Of a stretch of 64,000 nucleotides of DNA, positions 24,799 through 33,121 are shown in pieces. The stretch is from an uncultured Prolixibacteraceae bacterium. GTDB taxonomy: Bacteria > Bacteroidota > Bacteroidia > Bacteroidales > FEN-979. The notes beneath the pieces were generated by a model. That model had not been told where the DNA came from. It saw nothing but the letters and a program-made list of their open reading frames with translations, and ran no database searches. The translations under genes and the position numbers were made by a program. The DNA is taken from contig CAYVVG010000003.1 of NCBI GenBank assembly GCA_964455285.1, forward strand, positions 16,051 through 80,050, read 5' to 3'. Every line of letters begins with the position of its first letter. The first letter of the stretch is position 1.

Positions 24799-25185
24799 TT
24801 ACAGTCCGGCAATAATCCCTTCGAGGATGCCGGTGACTTCGGTGGCCAGCTCTCCCAGGGAGGGATTCCTGATCGCCATCATGGAGGCCAGGGGGTTGAC
24901 CGCCGCCACTTCGGTGGTGCCGTCGCCTTTGTCGATCACCAGTACGTTGCAGGGCAACATGGTGCCGATCTTCTCCTCGGCCTGAAGGGCTTTATACGCA
25001 AAGCCCGGGTTGCACATGCCCAGGATCTTGTACTTACGGATGTCAACGCCGAGCTTTTCATTGAGCTTCTGCTTCATGTCGATCTCCGTGATCATTCCAA
25101 AACCCTTGTCTTTCAACGCGGCAAGGACCTTTCCTTCGGCTTCTTCAAACGGACAGGAAAGGAGTTTGGTGAAATAATATTCCAT
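24799..25185 (-). CDS. DUF302 domain protein
   Basis: 128 aa. GFGMITEIDMKQKLNEKLGVDIRKYKILGMCNP and LPCNVLV are typical of DUF302. Confidence 0.75.
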   Translation of the reverse strand: MEYYFTKLLSCPFEEAEGKVLAALKDKGFGMITEIDMKQKLNEKLGVDIRKYKILGMCNPGFAYKALQAEEKIGTMLPCNVLVIDKGDGTTEVAAVNPLASMMAIRNPSLGELATEVTGILEGIIAGL

Positions 25186-25189
25186 AATC

Positions 25190-25234
25190 TGATGTGTTGA
25201 TGTGCTGATGTGCTGATGTGCTAATTTGTTGATG
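25190..25234. repeat. Tandem 8-mer GATGTGCT-like repeat (5-6 units)
   Basis: gatgtgtt gatgtgct gatgtgct gatgtgct aatttgtt gatg, read directly. Confidence 0.85.
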
Positions 25235-25237
25235 TTT

Positions 25238-25315
25238 CCCCTCCCTGTTCGGGGAGGGGTGGCCGAAGGCCGGGGTGGGGTTGGGGGGTGAGGCCGGGGA
25301 GGGGTGGCCGAAGGC
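25238..25315. repeat. CCCCTCCC/GGGAGGGG hairpin plus a 20-bp direct repeat, GGGGAGGGGTGGCCGAAGGC x2
   Basis: Hairpin CCCCTCCC-TGTTCG-GGGAGGGG at 25238-25259. Identical 20-mers at 25251-25270 and 25296-25315, each containing the mini-hairpin GGCC-GAA-GGCC. The block abuts the OsmC stop codon. Confidence 0.85.
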
Positions 25316-25728
25316 TACTTCACCCTGATCTCGTAGGTGACCGGCATCGTTTTCTTATAGACGTGGGAGACGCCGCAGTATCTTTCCTGCGAGAGATCCA
25401 CTGCCTTTTTAAGTTGTTCCATGGGCAGGTTATCGCCGGTGAATTCGTAGATGATGTGCATCCTTTCGTAATGTTTGGGATGCTCTTCCGTGACATCGGC
25501 CTCCACCCTGATCTTCAGGTCGGTAAAAGCGACCCGCATCTTTTTCAGGATTGATGCGACATCCATGCCGGTGCATCCGGCCAGGGCCGCCAGCATCAGC
25601 TCTTTTGGTCTCGCTCCTTTGTTTTCGCCGCCCGCTTCAGGCATGGCATCCATCACCACCGGGTGGCCGCTGACGGAAGCCTCGAACGTCATGTTCCCTT
25701 TCCAGGAAGTATCAACGGAATGTTTCAT
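25315..25728 (-). CDS. OsmC family peroxiredoxin-like protein
   Basis: 137 aa. ARPKELMLAALAGCTGMDV and ERYCGVSHV carry the two conserved Cys motifs of the OsmC/Ohr family. Confidence 0.85.
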   Translation of the reverse strand: MKHSVDTSWKGNMTFEASVSGHPVVMDAMPEAGGENKGARPKELMLAALAGCTGMDVASILKKMRVAFTDLKIRVEADVTEEHPKHYERMHIIYEFTGDNLPMEQLKKAVDLSQERYCGVSHVYKKTMPVTYEIRVK

Positions 25729-25790
25729 GGCGAATGATTATTTAGAATGATTCTGTAAAAATACAACAAAAGGAAGCAAGCCCGGAGAAT

Positions 25791-26411
25791 TCACAAGGAT
25801 TTTCCGGCCGTCAGCAAAAAAACGGGGAACTCCTTCATGATGCCACCGGCCTGGGGACGGCGGATCACAAAACAACGTTCATGCCGGATCCCGCTGAACC
25901 CGGCAGCCTCCAGCTGTTCAGCCAGGGCATCCGGATCGAACCCCGGATGCACCTTCACCCCGGGATCATGAAAGGTCCCGTCCTCGGAATAGAGGTCGGC
26001 CAGCGCCAGGCTGCCGCCGGGTTTCAGCATGTCGAAAAACCTCATCAGCACCAGGGCCACGTCGCCCACATGATGCAACACCATCTGGGAATATATGATA
26101 TCGAACGACGACTCGCGGAAGTGGTGTTGTTCCAGGTCAAAAAGCCGGGTCCGGATCCGGTGGCCCTCCCCGGGTTCCACTTTGGATTCCGCGATCCTCA
26201 GCATCTCCGGCGAGGTATCCATCAGGGTGATGACACCCAGTTGCTCCTTCAGTTCGAAACTCAGCAATCCTGTCCCGGCTCCGAACTCCAGGGCGGTCAT
26301 GGCCGTCGAGAGCGGGATCCTCTCCCGGATCCCCTGAGCCACAGCCACGGTCCGCTCATGATGCATCCGGTTCAGGTCCCATTCTTTCGCCTTATTATCG
26401 AATTCACTCAT
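25791..26411 (-). CDS. Class I SAM-dependent methyltransferase
   Basis: 206 aa. Motif I ALEFGAGTGLLS. DIIYSQMVLHHV and LKPGGSLALAD are typical post-I motifs. Confidence 0.8.
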   Translation of the reverse strand: MSEFDNKAKEWDLNRMHHERTVAVAQGIRERIPLSTAMTALEFGAGTGLLSFELKEQLGVITLMDTSPEMLRIAESKVEPGEGHRIRTRLFDLEQHHFRESSFDIIYSQMVLHHVGDVALVLMRFFDMLKPGGSLALADLYSEDGTFHDPGVKVHPGFDPDALAEQLEAAGFSGIRHERCFVIRRPQAGGIMKEFPVFLLTAGKSL

Positions 26412-26432
26412 AATTTCTTCGGTTTGTTATGG

Positions 26433-27734
26433 CTACCGGATGACCAGTTTGCGGACCCGGGATATTCCTGATGTTTCCAGTTTCAACAGGTAGACCCCGG
26501 AAGGCACACCGTGAAGTTCGAACCCGACCTGGCCGGATCTCCCCGCAACTTCTTTCCGCTCGAGGGTTTTTCCACAGAGGTCGGTAAGGGTGATCTGAAG
26601 TCCCGGTCCGCAAACCCCGTCATAACCGACACTGAAACGATCGGTGCAGGGATTGGGCGATACCGTGAATGAGAAACTGCCCGGATCCTCCATTCCGACA
26701 GGGCCCTCGATGTGGATCACGCGGGAAGAGACCGCCGGGGTTGTACATGGCGACTGGGGATTGGCGGTGAGGGTAAGCGTTACCGATCCCGCGTTGCGGT
26801 CGGCGTCGCTCAGGATGTAATCGCCCGTAAGCGCACCGGCATTGCTGAAAGTGCCGGTGCCGGAAGTGGACCAGAGCACGGAAGAATATCCGCCGGCAGT
26901 TCCGTCGAGGGGAACCGACACCGTAACGTAGGGGAGGGTGACATCTTCACCTGCAGCGGCCGTGGCAGCTTCGTTGACGGTCACCGCAATGTCAGCGTTT
27001 ACCGAACCGTTCCCGTCGGATACCACTACCGTGTAGGTGGTGGTTACCGCTGGGGTGACAACCGGGTTGGGGGACGCGGAGGTGAAACCGGCCGGCTGGG
27101 AAGTCCAAGCATAGGTGTAGTTCCCGGTGCCTCCCGTCGCCGACGCCTCCAGCTGGGAATCCTGGCCGGCACAGATCAGCGACGGCACGGCCGAGGCGGT
27201 CGCAGCCAGCGGCAATGCGGTGCTTTCACCGACGGTCAGCGTGGAGAGTTTGGTGTCGGTCTTTCCCACGGTAAAGGCACCGTAAAAAGTCACGTCGCCG
27301 GTACCGGCCGGCGGTGCGGTCCAGGAGAACGACCAGGTCGCCGTGCCCGAAGAACTTCCTGAAGCATTTTGCGTCACGTATTTGGTGCCTCCCACCAAGT
27401 GGTTGCCGGTGCCGGCGGCAAAAACGCCCAACTGGGTTCCTGTGACATTCTGCGGGGAGACCTCGAATCCCTTTTTGCCGGTACCGCTGACCGTAACAGT
27501 GAGGGTGTAGGTCGAGCCGGCGGTATAGCCTCCCGAAGGAATGTTGGAGGTGATCCAGCCCGAAACAGTGGCGACCGAACCGCCGTGACAACTCTGGCAA
27601 TGATGGCCGTCGCCCGGAGAACCCGTGTACCCGGCGGGCGAGCCTCCGGGATAGGCTACAACGCCGGAGGTGACGAGCAGCAGGGATAAAACGGCAACGA
27701 TCCTGGATGCATAAACGATGATGATCTTTTTCAT
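26433..27734 (-). CDS. Secreted T9SS cargo with an N-terminal CxxCH motif and an Ig-like module
   Basis: I chose the start at ATG 27734 (MKKIIIVYASRIVAVLSLLLVTSGVVA). GYTGSPGDGHHCQSCHGG near the N-terminus. Module ICAGQDSQLEASATGGTGNYTYAWTS. The C-terminus FTVSPNPCTDRFSVGY...GVYLLKLETSGISRVRKLVIR fits the T9SS CTD pattern. Confidence 0.7.
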   Translation of the reverse strand: MKKIIIVYASRIVAVLSLLLVTSGVVAYPGGSPAGYTGSPGDGHHCQSCHGGSVATVSGWITSNIPSGGYTAGSTYTLTVTVSGTGKKGFEVSPQNVTGTQLGVFAAGTGNHLVGGTKYVTQNASGSSSGTATWSFSWTAPPAGTGDVTFYGAFTVGKTDTKLSTLTVGESTALPLAATASAVPSLICAGQDSQLEASATGGTGNYTYAWTSQPAGFTSASPNPVVTPAVTTTYTVVVSDGNGSVNADIAVTVNEAATAAAGEDVTLPYVTVSVPLDGTAGGYSSVLWSTSGTGTFSNAGALTGDYILSDADRNAGSVTLTLTANPQSPCTTPAVSSRVIHIEGPVGMEDPGSFSFTVSPNPCTDRFSVGYDGVCGPGLQITLTDLCGKTLERKEVAGRSGQVGFELHGVPSGVYLLKLETSGISRVRKLVIR

Positions 27735-27856
27735 AACGATCCTTGTGGGTTGTGGAGTTGATTTCACAATTAAGACATAAAAGTACTTAAAAGTTGTTTA
27801 CGGGGAAAATAATATCCCGGCAGCGTAACACATAGGATGCATATACATATCAAATG

Positions 27857-28429
27857 CTACTGTTCCCGTGCCGGCAGATCCCCGGAATGTAGAATGTTTC
27901 TAAATTTCGTCTGCACAAACCGGGTCACTCCCCATCCGAGAAGGATTCCGGCAGCGATCCCCGCAGCCACATCGCTGGGGTAATGAACACCGAGCGCCAC
28001 CCGCGAATAAGCGACCAGGAGCGCCCAGGCGAAGACGGGGAGGATGACCCGGCGCCGGGGGAAGAAGAACGACAGGGCAGTGGCCATGGCAAAAGCTTCG
28101 AGGGTATGACCGGAGGGGAAGGAGGAATCTCCTCCGGAAGAGAGTTTTTCGATGCCGTCGAGAGAATCGAAGGGGCGGTCGCGGTCGATGAGCGCTTTCA
28201 ACCCCTGGCTGAGACCGGCCACCATGAGCAGGAGAACCACCAGGGCCACGAATTTGAGACGCAGCGACCGGCTTTTTCGAAGGGCGGCCGCCAGGATGAC
28301 CCCCACCGCCAGGGCAATGCTGGCCAGCGTGGTGGTGTTGGAGATGAACTGAAGGAAGGGAACCGACATCGGACACCGGTGTTGGTGCAACCAGTGGAGC
28401 AGGGTGATATCCAGTGAGGCGGGATCCAA
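27857..28429 (-). CDS. PAP2 family membrane phosphatase
   Basis: 190 aa. KALIDRDRP, SFPSGHT and RVALGVHYPSDV are the three PAP2 motifs. Confidence 0.85.
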   Translation of the reverse strand: MDPASLDITLLHWLHQHRCPMSVPFLQFISNTTTLASIALAVGVILAAALRKSRSLRLKFVALVVLLLMVAGLSQGLKALIDRDRPFDSLDGIEKLSSGGDSSFPSGHTLEAFAMATALSFFFPRRRVILPVFAWALLVAYSRVALGVHYPSDVAAGIAAGILLGWGVTRFVQTKFRNILHSGDLPAREQ

Positions 28430-28467
28430 GTTGTTTGCGGCGTTAGGTGAATCAGTCTCTTCCGGGG

Positions 28468-28475
28468 CAAAGGTA
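28468..28475 (-). promoter_or_regulatory. Candidate -7 box (minus strand TACCTTTG) for the PAP2 gene
   Basis: The plus strand reads CAAAGGTA, 39 nt upstream of the start at 28429. Confidence 0.3.
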
Positions 28476-28554
28476 CGAAGTCGGGGTCAATCCGGCCGGC
28501 TGAACTTTGGCATTTCCGCGAAAAATCCGATATTTGCCGAATAAACCATCATCC

Positions 28555-29106
28555 ATGATAAAAAAGAGTTTATTGCTGCTGATCCTCCCGCTGGTTTTCC
28601 TGGCAGGATGTCACCCGGGCGCCGACAATGCCCAGGCACCCAAAAACGATACCACCCTTCTCACGGTGCTGACCTTTGAAAAACAGGCCGACAGCTGCAT
28701 CGAAAAACCGGTGATCATCGAAGGCACCGTTTTCCACCTGTGCAAGCATGGCGGAAAGCGCATGTTCCTGGTCGACGGCACCGACAGCATCCGGGTTGAA
28801 GTGACCACCGGTCCCAAAATCGCCAAATTCGACGAAGCCCTGACGGGCAGCCGTGTCCGTGTTTTCGGCACGCTGAAGGAGGAACGCATCGACGCCAAAT
28901 ACCTCAACGAATGGGAGGCCGAGGTGAAGAAGCCGGAAGAGAACCACAATGCGGGTCTTCACACCGGGGCAAAGGGCCATGAGGACCAGGGGATGGAGGA
29001 TAAGCTTGCCCAGATCAACGCCCTGCGTGAGGATCTGAAGAACAGCGGGAAAGACCACCTCTCCTTTTTCTCGATCGAAGCCGATCATTTCATCGAACTG
29101 AAGTAA
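28555..29106 (+). CDS. Hypothetical lipoprotein
   Basis: I chose the start at ATG 28555. MIKKSLLLLILPLVFLAGC is a lipobox-type signal. No recognisable catalytic motif. The stop overlaps the next start by 1 nt (TAATG). Confidence 0.6.
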   Translation: MIKKSLLLLILPLVFLAGCHPGADNAQAPKNDTTLLTVLTFEKQADSCIEKPVIIEGTVFHLCKHGGKRMFLVDGTDSIRVEVTTGPKIAKFDEALTGSRVRVFGTLKEERIDAKYLNEWEAEVKKPEENHNAGLHTGAKGHEDQGMEDKLAQINALREDLKNSGKDHLSFFSIEADHFIELK

Positions 29107-29675
29107 TGGTGCAGGTCAAAACTCTTCGCCGGTGGAACAACATCCTTCACCGCGACATCGGTTATTTGTGCGTGGGGATGACGCTGATCTACGCCATCTC
29201 GGGGATCGTGCTCAACCATTTCAAATCGGGCGACTTTTTGCATCCCGACTACGGAAAATCTTACCAGGACCTGCGGGTTCCATTGCCGGAACAGGGAAAG
29301 ATCGACCTGACGTACATTCATTCGATCCTCGACCGGACCGATCAGCGATCGCACTACAAGAGTTATATCACCGGCGAAGGCTACCTGCAGATCTTTCTCG
29401 ACAAGGGATTCATCTACGTGGACCTGACGACCGGTGAGGCCCAGATGGAGCGGAAGACCACCCGGTACATGATCAGGGAGATGAACACTTTGCATTACAA
29501 CAGCCTGAAGCGCTTATACACCTGGTTTTCTGATCTGTACGCCGTTGGGCTCATCATCCTGGCCATCACAGGCCTGTTCGTGCTGAAGGGGAAAAAAGGC
29601 ATCCTGGGCAGGGGAGCCTGGCTCACGGCCATCGGGATCCTCCTGCCGGCACTGTTCCTGCTCTTCTATTCCTGA
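29106..29675 (+). CDS. PepSY-associated TM-helix membrane protein
   Basis: 189 aa. LRRWNNILHRDIGYLCVGMTLIYAISGIVLNH and MNTLHYN...WFSDLYAVGLIILAITGLF are typical of this family. Confidence 0.55.
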   Translation: MVQVKTLRRWNNILHRDIGYLCVGMTLIYAISGIVLNHFKSGDFLHPDYGKSYQDLRVPLPEQGKIDLTYIHSILDRTDQRSHYKSYITGEGYLQIFLDKGFIYVDLTTGEAQMERKTTRYMIREMNTLHYNSLKRLYTWFSDLYAVGLIILAITGLFVLKGKKGILGRGAWLTAIGILLPALFLLFYS

Positions 29676-29695
29676 TCAGTAACCGGTCAATCCCC

Positions 29696-30739
29696 ATGAT
29701 CCAGTTTAACGATGCCGTCCTGGAAGCACTCGCCGTGCACCGGGTGGGCAATAAATCGGCCGGCGACGGAGTGACCCTCACGAACCGGCTGCTCGAAGTC
29801 GGCGAGGTTGTCAGGCCCCTCCTTCTGACCTATTTCCTCTCTCCGTTCCGGTCGGAGGAGCTGTACACGCTCTCCCATCCTTCGGATCTCCGGATGAATG
29901 AAGTTTTTCATTCCGTATCAGCCATCTTTGACGACCCGTCCTCCCTGCTCGGGGAGTCGCAGAAACTGGCCCGGGTCCTCCACAACCACTCGACCCATTC
30001 CAGGATCCAGGCCGGGGAATTCTATGTCGCCCGGTTCACGGGATGCCGGCTGGGTGAGCAGACCGTGGAGGCGGTGGGGCTCTTCAAATCGGAATCGCGG
30101 GAGACCTACCTGAAAATCTATCCGGCCGGGGGCGCCTTCGAGATCGGCCACGACGACGGGATCAACATTCACAAGCTTGACAAGGGATGCATCATCTTCA
30201 ACACGTCGCCTGAAGAAGGGTATGTGGCCGCCCTTGTCGACCTGGTCAACCGGGGCGACGAAGCCCGGTACTGGCGCGACGATTTTCTGCAGCTCCGGCC
30301 ACGATCCGACAGTTTTACCCATACCCGTGCCGTGATGGACCTCTGCCGGAAATTCGTGGCAGAGAAAATGCCGCAGGAATTTGAGGTCTCCCGCATCGAC
30401 CAGGCCGACCTGCTGAACCGTTCGATGAAGTTCCTGAAGGAGAACGAGGCGTTCGGGATGGAAGATTTCGGAGAACAGGTGCTGGGTTCGCCGCAGGTGA
30501 TCAGCTCCTTTGCCGGGTTCAGGCAGGAGTTCGCCGACGGGCACGACCTTGAGATCCCTGACCGCTTCGACATTTCCGGCAGCGCGGTGAAAAAGCAATC
30601 GAGGTTCATGAAAAGCGTGATCAAACTGGATAAGAATTTCCATATCTATGTCCACGGCGACCGGGAAATGGTGGAGAAAGGCCATGATGAGGCGCGGCAC
30701 ATGGATTATTACAAATTGTATTTCCGTGAAGAACACTGA
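29696..30739 (+). CDS. Nucleoid-associated protein (NdpA/NA37-like)
   Basis: 347 aa. The N-terminal LEALAVHRVGNKSAGDGVTL is the motif I associate with Bacteroidota NA37-family proteins. Confidence 0.6.
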   Translation: MIQFNDAVLEALAVHRVGNKSAGDGVTLTNRLLEVGEVVRPLLLTYFLSPFRSEELYTLSHPSDLRMNEVFHSVSAIFDDPSSLLGESQKLARVLHNHSTHSRIQAGEFYVARFTGCRLGEQTVEAVGLFKSESRETYLKIYPAGGAFEIGHDDGINIHKLDKGCIIFNTSPEEGYVAALVDLVNRGDEARYWRDDFLQLRPRSDSFTHTRAVMDLCRKFVAEKMPQEFEVSRIDQADLLNRSMKFLKENEAFGMEDFGEQVLGSPQVISSFAGFRQEFADGHDLEIPDRFDISGSAVKKQSRFMKSVIKLDKNFHIYVHGDREMVEKGHDEARHMDYYKLYFREEH

Positions 30740-30745
30740 TCCCGT

Positions 30746-33070
30746 ATGATCAAAAAACTCACCCTCCTGTTCATCCTTGCCTGGATCGGGCGGTCTCCGC
30801 TTCATAGCCAGTCACCGGCCTCCTTTGTCAACCCCTTGATCGGCACCCGGGAAATGGGGCATACATTTCCCGGGGCAGCCGTGCCCTTTGGGTTTGTCCA
30901 GCTCAGTCCCGATACCGACACCGTTCCCTACGACAGGGACGGGCGTTATAATCCGCCTGTTTACCGCTACTGTGCCGGGTACCAGTACCTCGACAGGACC
31001 ATCGTCGGGTTCAGTCACACCCATTTCAACGGCACCGGTCATTCCGACCTGGGCGATTTCCTGGTCATGCCCCAGGTGGGGAGACTCCGGCTCAACCCGG
31101 GTACCGCCGACCGGCCGGAAACCGGCTACCGGTCGCGGTTCCGTAAAGAAACCGAGCATGCATCGCCGGGTTACTACCGCGTTCATCTCGACGGCCCGGA
31201 TGTGGAGGCCGAACTGACCGCCACCACCCGGGCGGGTTTTCACCGTTACACGTTCCCCGCTTCCGACAGCGCCCGGATCGTGCTCGACATGGAGCACGGG
31301 ATTTACAATTACGACGGGAAGGTGCTCTGGTCGATGGTCCGGGTGCACAACGACACCCTGGTCACCGGGTACCGGATCACACGCGGATGGGCCCGGACAC
31401 GGTACATCTACTTCGCGATGATCTTCTCAAAGCCCTTTGCAGCTTATGGTTGCAGGAACGACGAGCAGCCCGTGTACCGCGGATTCTGGAGGAAGTTCAA
31501 CCAGCAGGAGAATTTTCCCGAGATGGCCGGAAGGAAGTTGAAAGCCTGGTTCGGTTTCGCCACGGGCCGCGGCGAACAGGTGGGGGTACGCATCGGGTTG
31601 TCGGCGGTCAGCATGGACGGGGCACTTGAAAACCTGCAGGCGGAGATCCCGCACGGCGATTTCGACAGGACCCGCCGGGAGGCCGAAGCGGCCTGGAACC
31701 GGGAACTCGGCCGGATCCGGATCGATGCCCCGGCCGACCGCAAAGTGAACTTTTACACCGCACTCTACCATTCCCTGTTGTCACCGGTGGTCTACCAGGA
31801 CGTGAACGGCCTGTACCGGGGCATCGATCACCAGGTCCACCGGGCCGAAGGATTCACCCATTACACCACCTTTTCGCTGTGGGACACCTATCGTGCCGAG
31901 CATCCGTTGCTGGCGCTCCTCTATCCCGAACGCACCTCCGACATGGTCAACTCGATGCTGGCCCACTTTGATCAGAGCCCTGAACACCTGCTCCCGGTCT
32001 GGTCGCACCACGGCAACGAGAACTGGTGCATGATCGGGTACCATGCCGTGCCGGTCATCGCCGACGCCTATGTCAAGGGCATCCGCGGCTTCGATGCTGT
32101 ACGGGCGCTCCGTGCCTGTATGACCACCGCGGATAATACCCTCCTCGAAGGGGTGGGCGACTACAGGAAACTGGGATTTGTCCCCGACGAAAAAGTCGCC
32201 AATGCCGCCTCGATCACCCTCGAATATGCCTATGACGATTTCACCCTGGCCTCGTTCGCACGGGCGGTGGAGCAGGACCCCCCGACTCCCGACACGGTCA
32301 GGCAGTGGGCCGGAGAGCTGGCCGAACGGTTCCGCCTCCGTTCGGGAAATTACCGCAACCTGGTCGATCCATCGACCCGTTTTGTCCGCTCGAAGCGGTC
32401 GGACGGCTCCTGGAAGAGCCCCTTTGATCCGCTCAGCACGCACGGACAGGGATTCATCGAGGGAAATTCCTGGAATTACTCGTTCTATGTTCCCCACGAC
32501 GTGCCCGGCCTGATCGCCTCTATGGGAGGGGAGAAACCCTTTATCCGCCGGCTCGATTCCCTTTTCACGATGCACCTCGACGACCGCTATTTCAGCGAAA
32601 CCGAAGATGTTACGCGCGACGGGCTGATCGGGAACTACGTGCATGGCAACGAACCCAGCCACCACATTGCTTATTTGTACAACTGGACCTCGCAGCCCTG
32701 GAAAACCCAGCAGCAGATCCACCGGGTGGTGGATGCGATGTACCGGAACCGGCCCGACGGGCTGTGCGGCAACGACGACTGCGGACAGATGAGTGCCTGG
32801 TACATCTTCAGCGTGCTGGGGTTCTACCCGGTATGCCCGGGTACGACCCTGTATGCCATCGGGAGCCCTTGTGTTGGCGGAGCCGAAATCGATCTGCCGG
32901 GGGGGAAGAAACTGACCATCCGGGTGAAAGGGGCGGATAACAAGTACACCTGCATCCGGTCCGTGACGTTCAACGGCAAACCCCTGGCCGGTCTGTTCCT
33001 CGATCACGCAATCGTGTCGGCGGGAGGCACCCTCGACTTCACCCTCGGGCCTCCCCCTGCTGACAGGTAG
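30746..33070 (+). CDS. Glycoside hydrolase family 92 (alpha-mannosidase)
   Basis: 774 aa with a signal peptide. VNPLIGTREMGHTFPGAAVPFGFVQLSPDT is the GH92 N-terminal signature. GNEPSHHIAYLYN and DDCGQMSAWY are the catalytic-domain motifs. Confidence 0.9.
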   Translation: MIKKLTLLFILAWIGRSPLHSQSPASFVNPLIGTREMGHTFPGAAVPFGFVQLSPDTDTVPYDRDGRYNPPVYRYCAGYQYLDRTIVGFSHTHFNGTGHSDLGDFLVMPQVGRLRLNPGTADRPETGYRSRFRKETEHASPGYYRVHLDGPDVEAELTATTRAGFHRYTFPASDSARIVLDMEHGIYNYDGKVLWSMVRVHNDTLVTGYRITRGWARTRYIYFAMIFSKPFAAYGCRNDEQPVYRGFWRKFNQQENFPEMAGRKLKAWFGFATGRGEQVGVRIGLSAVSMDGALENLQAEIPHGDFDRTRREAEAAWNRELGRIRIDAPADRKVNFYTALYHSLLSPVVYQDVNGLYRGIDHQVHRAEGFTHYTTFSLWDTYRAEHPLLALLYPERTSDMVNSMLAHFDQSPEHLLPVWSHHGNENWCMIGYHAVPVIADAYVKGIRGFDAVRALRACMTTADNTLLEGVGDYRKLGFVPDEKVANAASITLEYAYDDFTLASFARAVEQDPPTPDTVRQWAGELAERFRLRSGNYRNLVDPSTRFVRSKRSDGSWKSPFDPLSTHGQGFIEGNSWNYSFYVPHDVPGLIASMGGEKPFIRRLDSLFTMHLDDRYFSETEDVTRDGLIGNYVHGNEPSHHIAYLYNWTSQPWKTQQQIHRVVDAMYRNRPDGLCGNDDCGQMSAWYIFSVLGFYPVCPGTTLYAIGSPCVGGAEIDLPGGKKLTIRVKGADNKYTCIRSVTFNGKPLAGLFLDHAIVSAGGTLDFTLGPPPADR

Positions 33071-33082
33071 AGGAAAAAAGCG

Positions 33083-33090
33083 TACTTTTG
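33083..33090 (+). promoter_or_regulatory. Candidate -7 box (TACTTTTG) for the S8 peptidase gene
   Basis: TACTTTTG lies 31 nt upstream of the ATG at 33122. A small hairpin, CGGACC-TTC-GGTCCG, lies at 33096-33110. Confidence 0.35.
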
Positions 33091-33121
33091 CGTTCCGGAC
33101 CTTCGGTCCGCCTCAAATCTT

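Noticed and set aside
5092-25315. A CRISPR array among the short tandem repeats (5092-5150, 7033-7120, 22231-22932, 25190-25315)
   Set aside because: The units are only 6-8 bp or 20 bp long and are contiguous or separated by a single 25-bp gap. There is no repeat-spacer periodicity of 28-37 bp plus unique spacers, and no cas genes.
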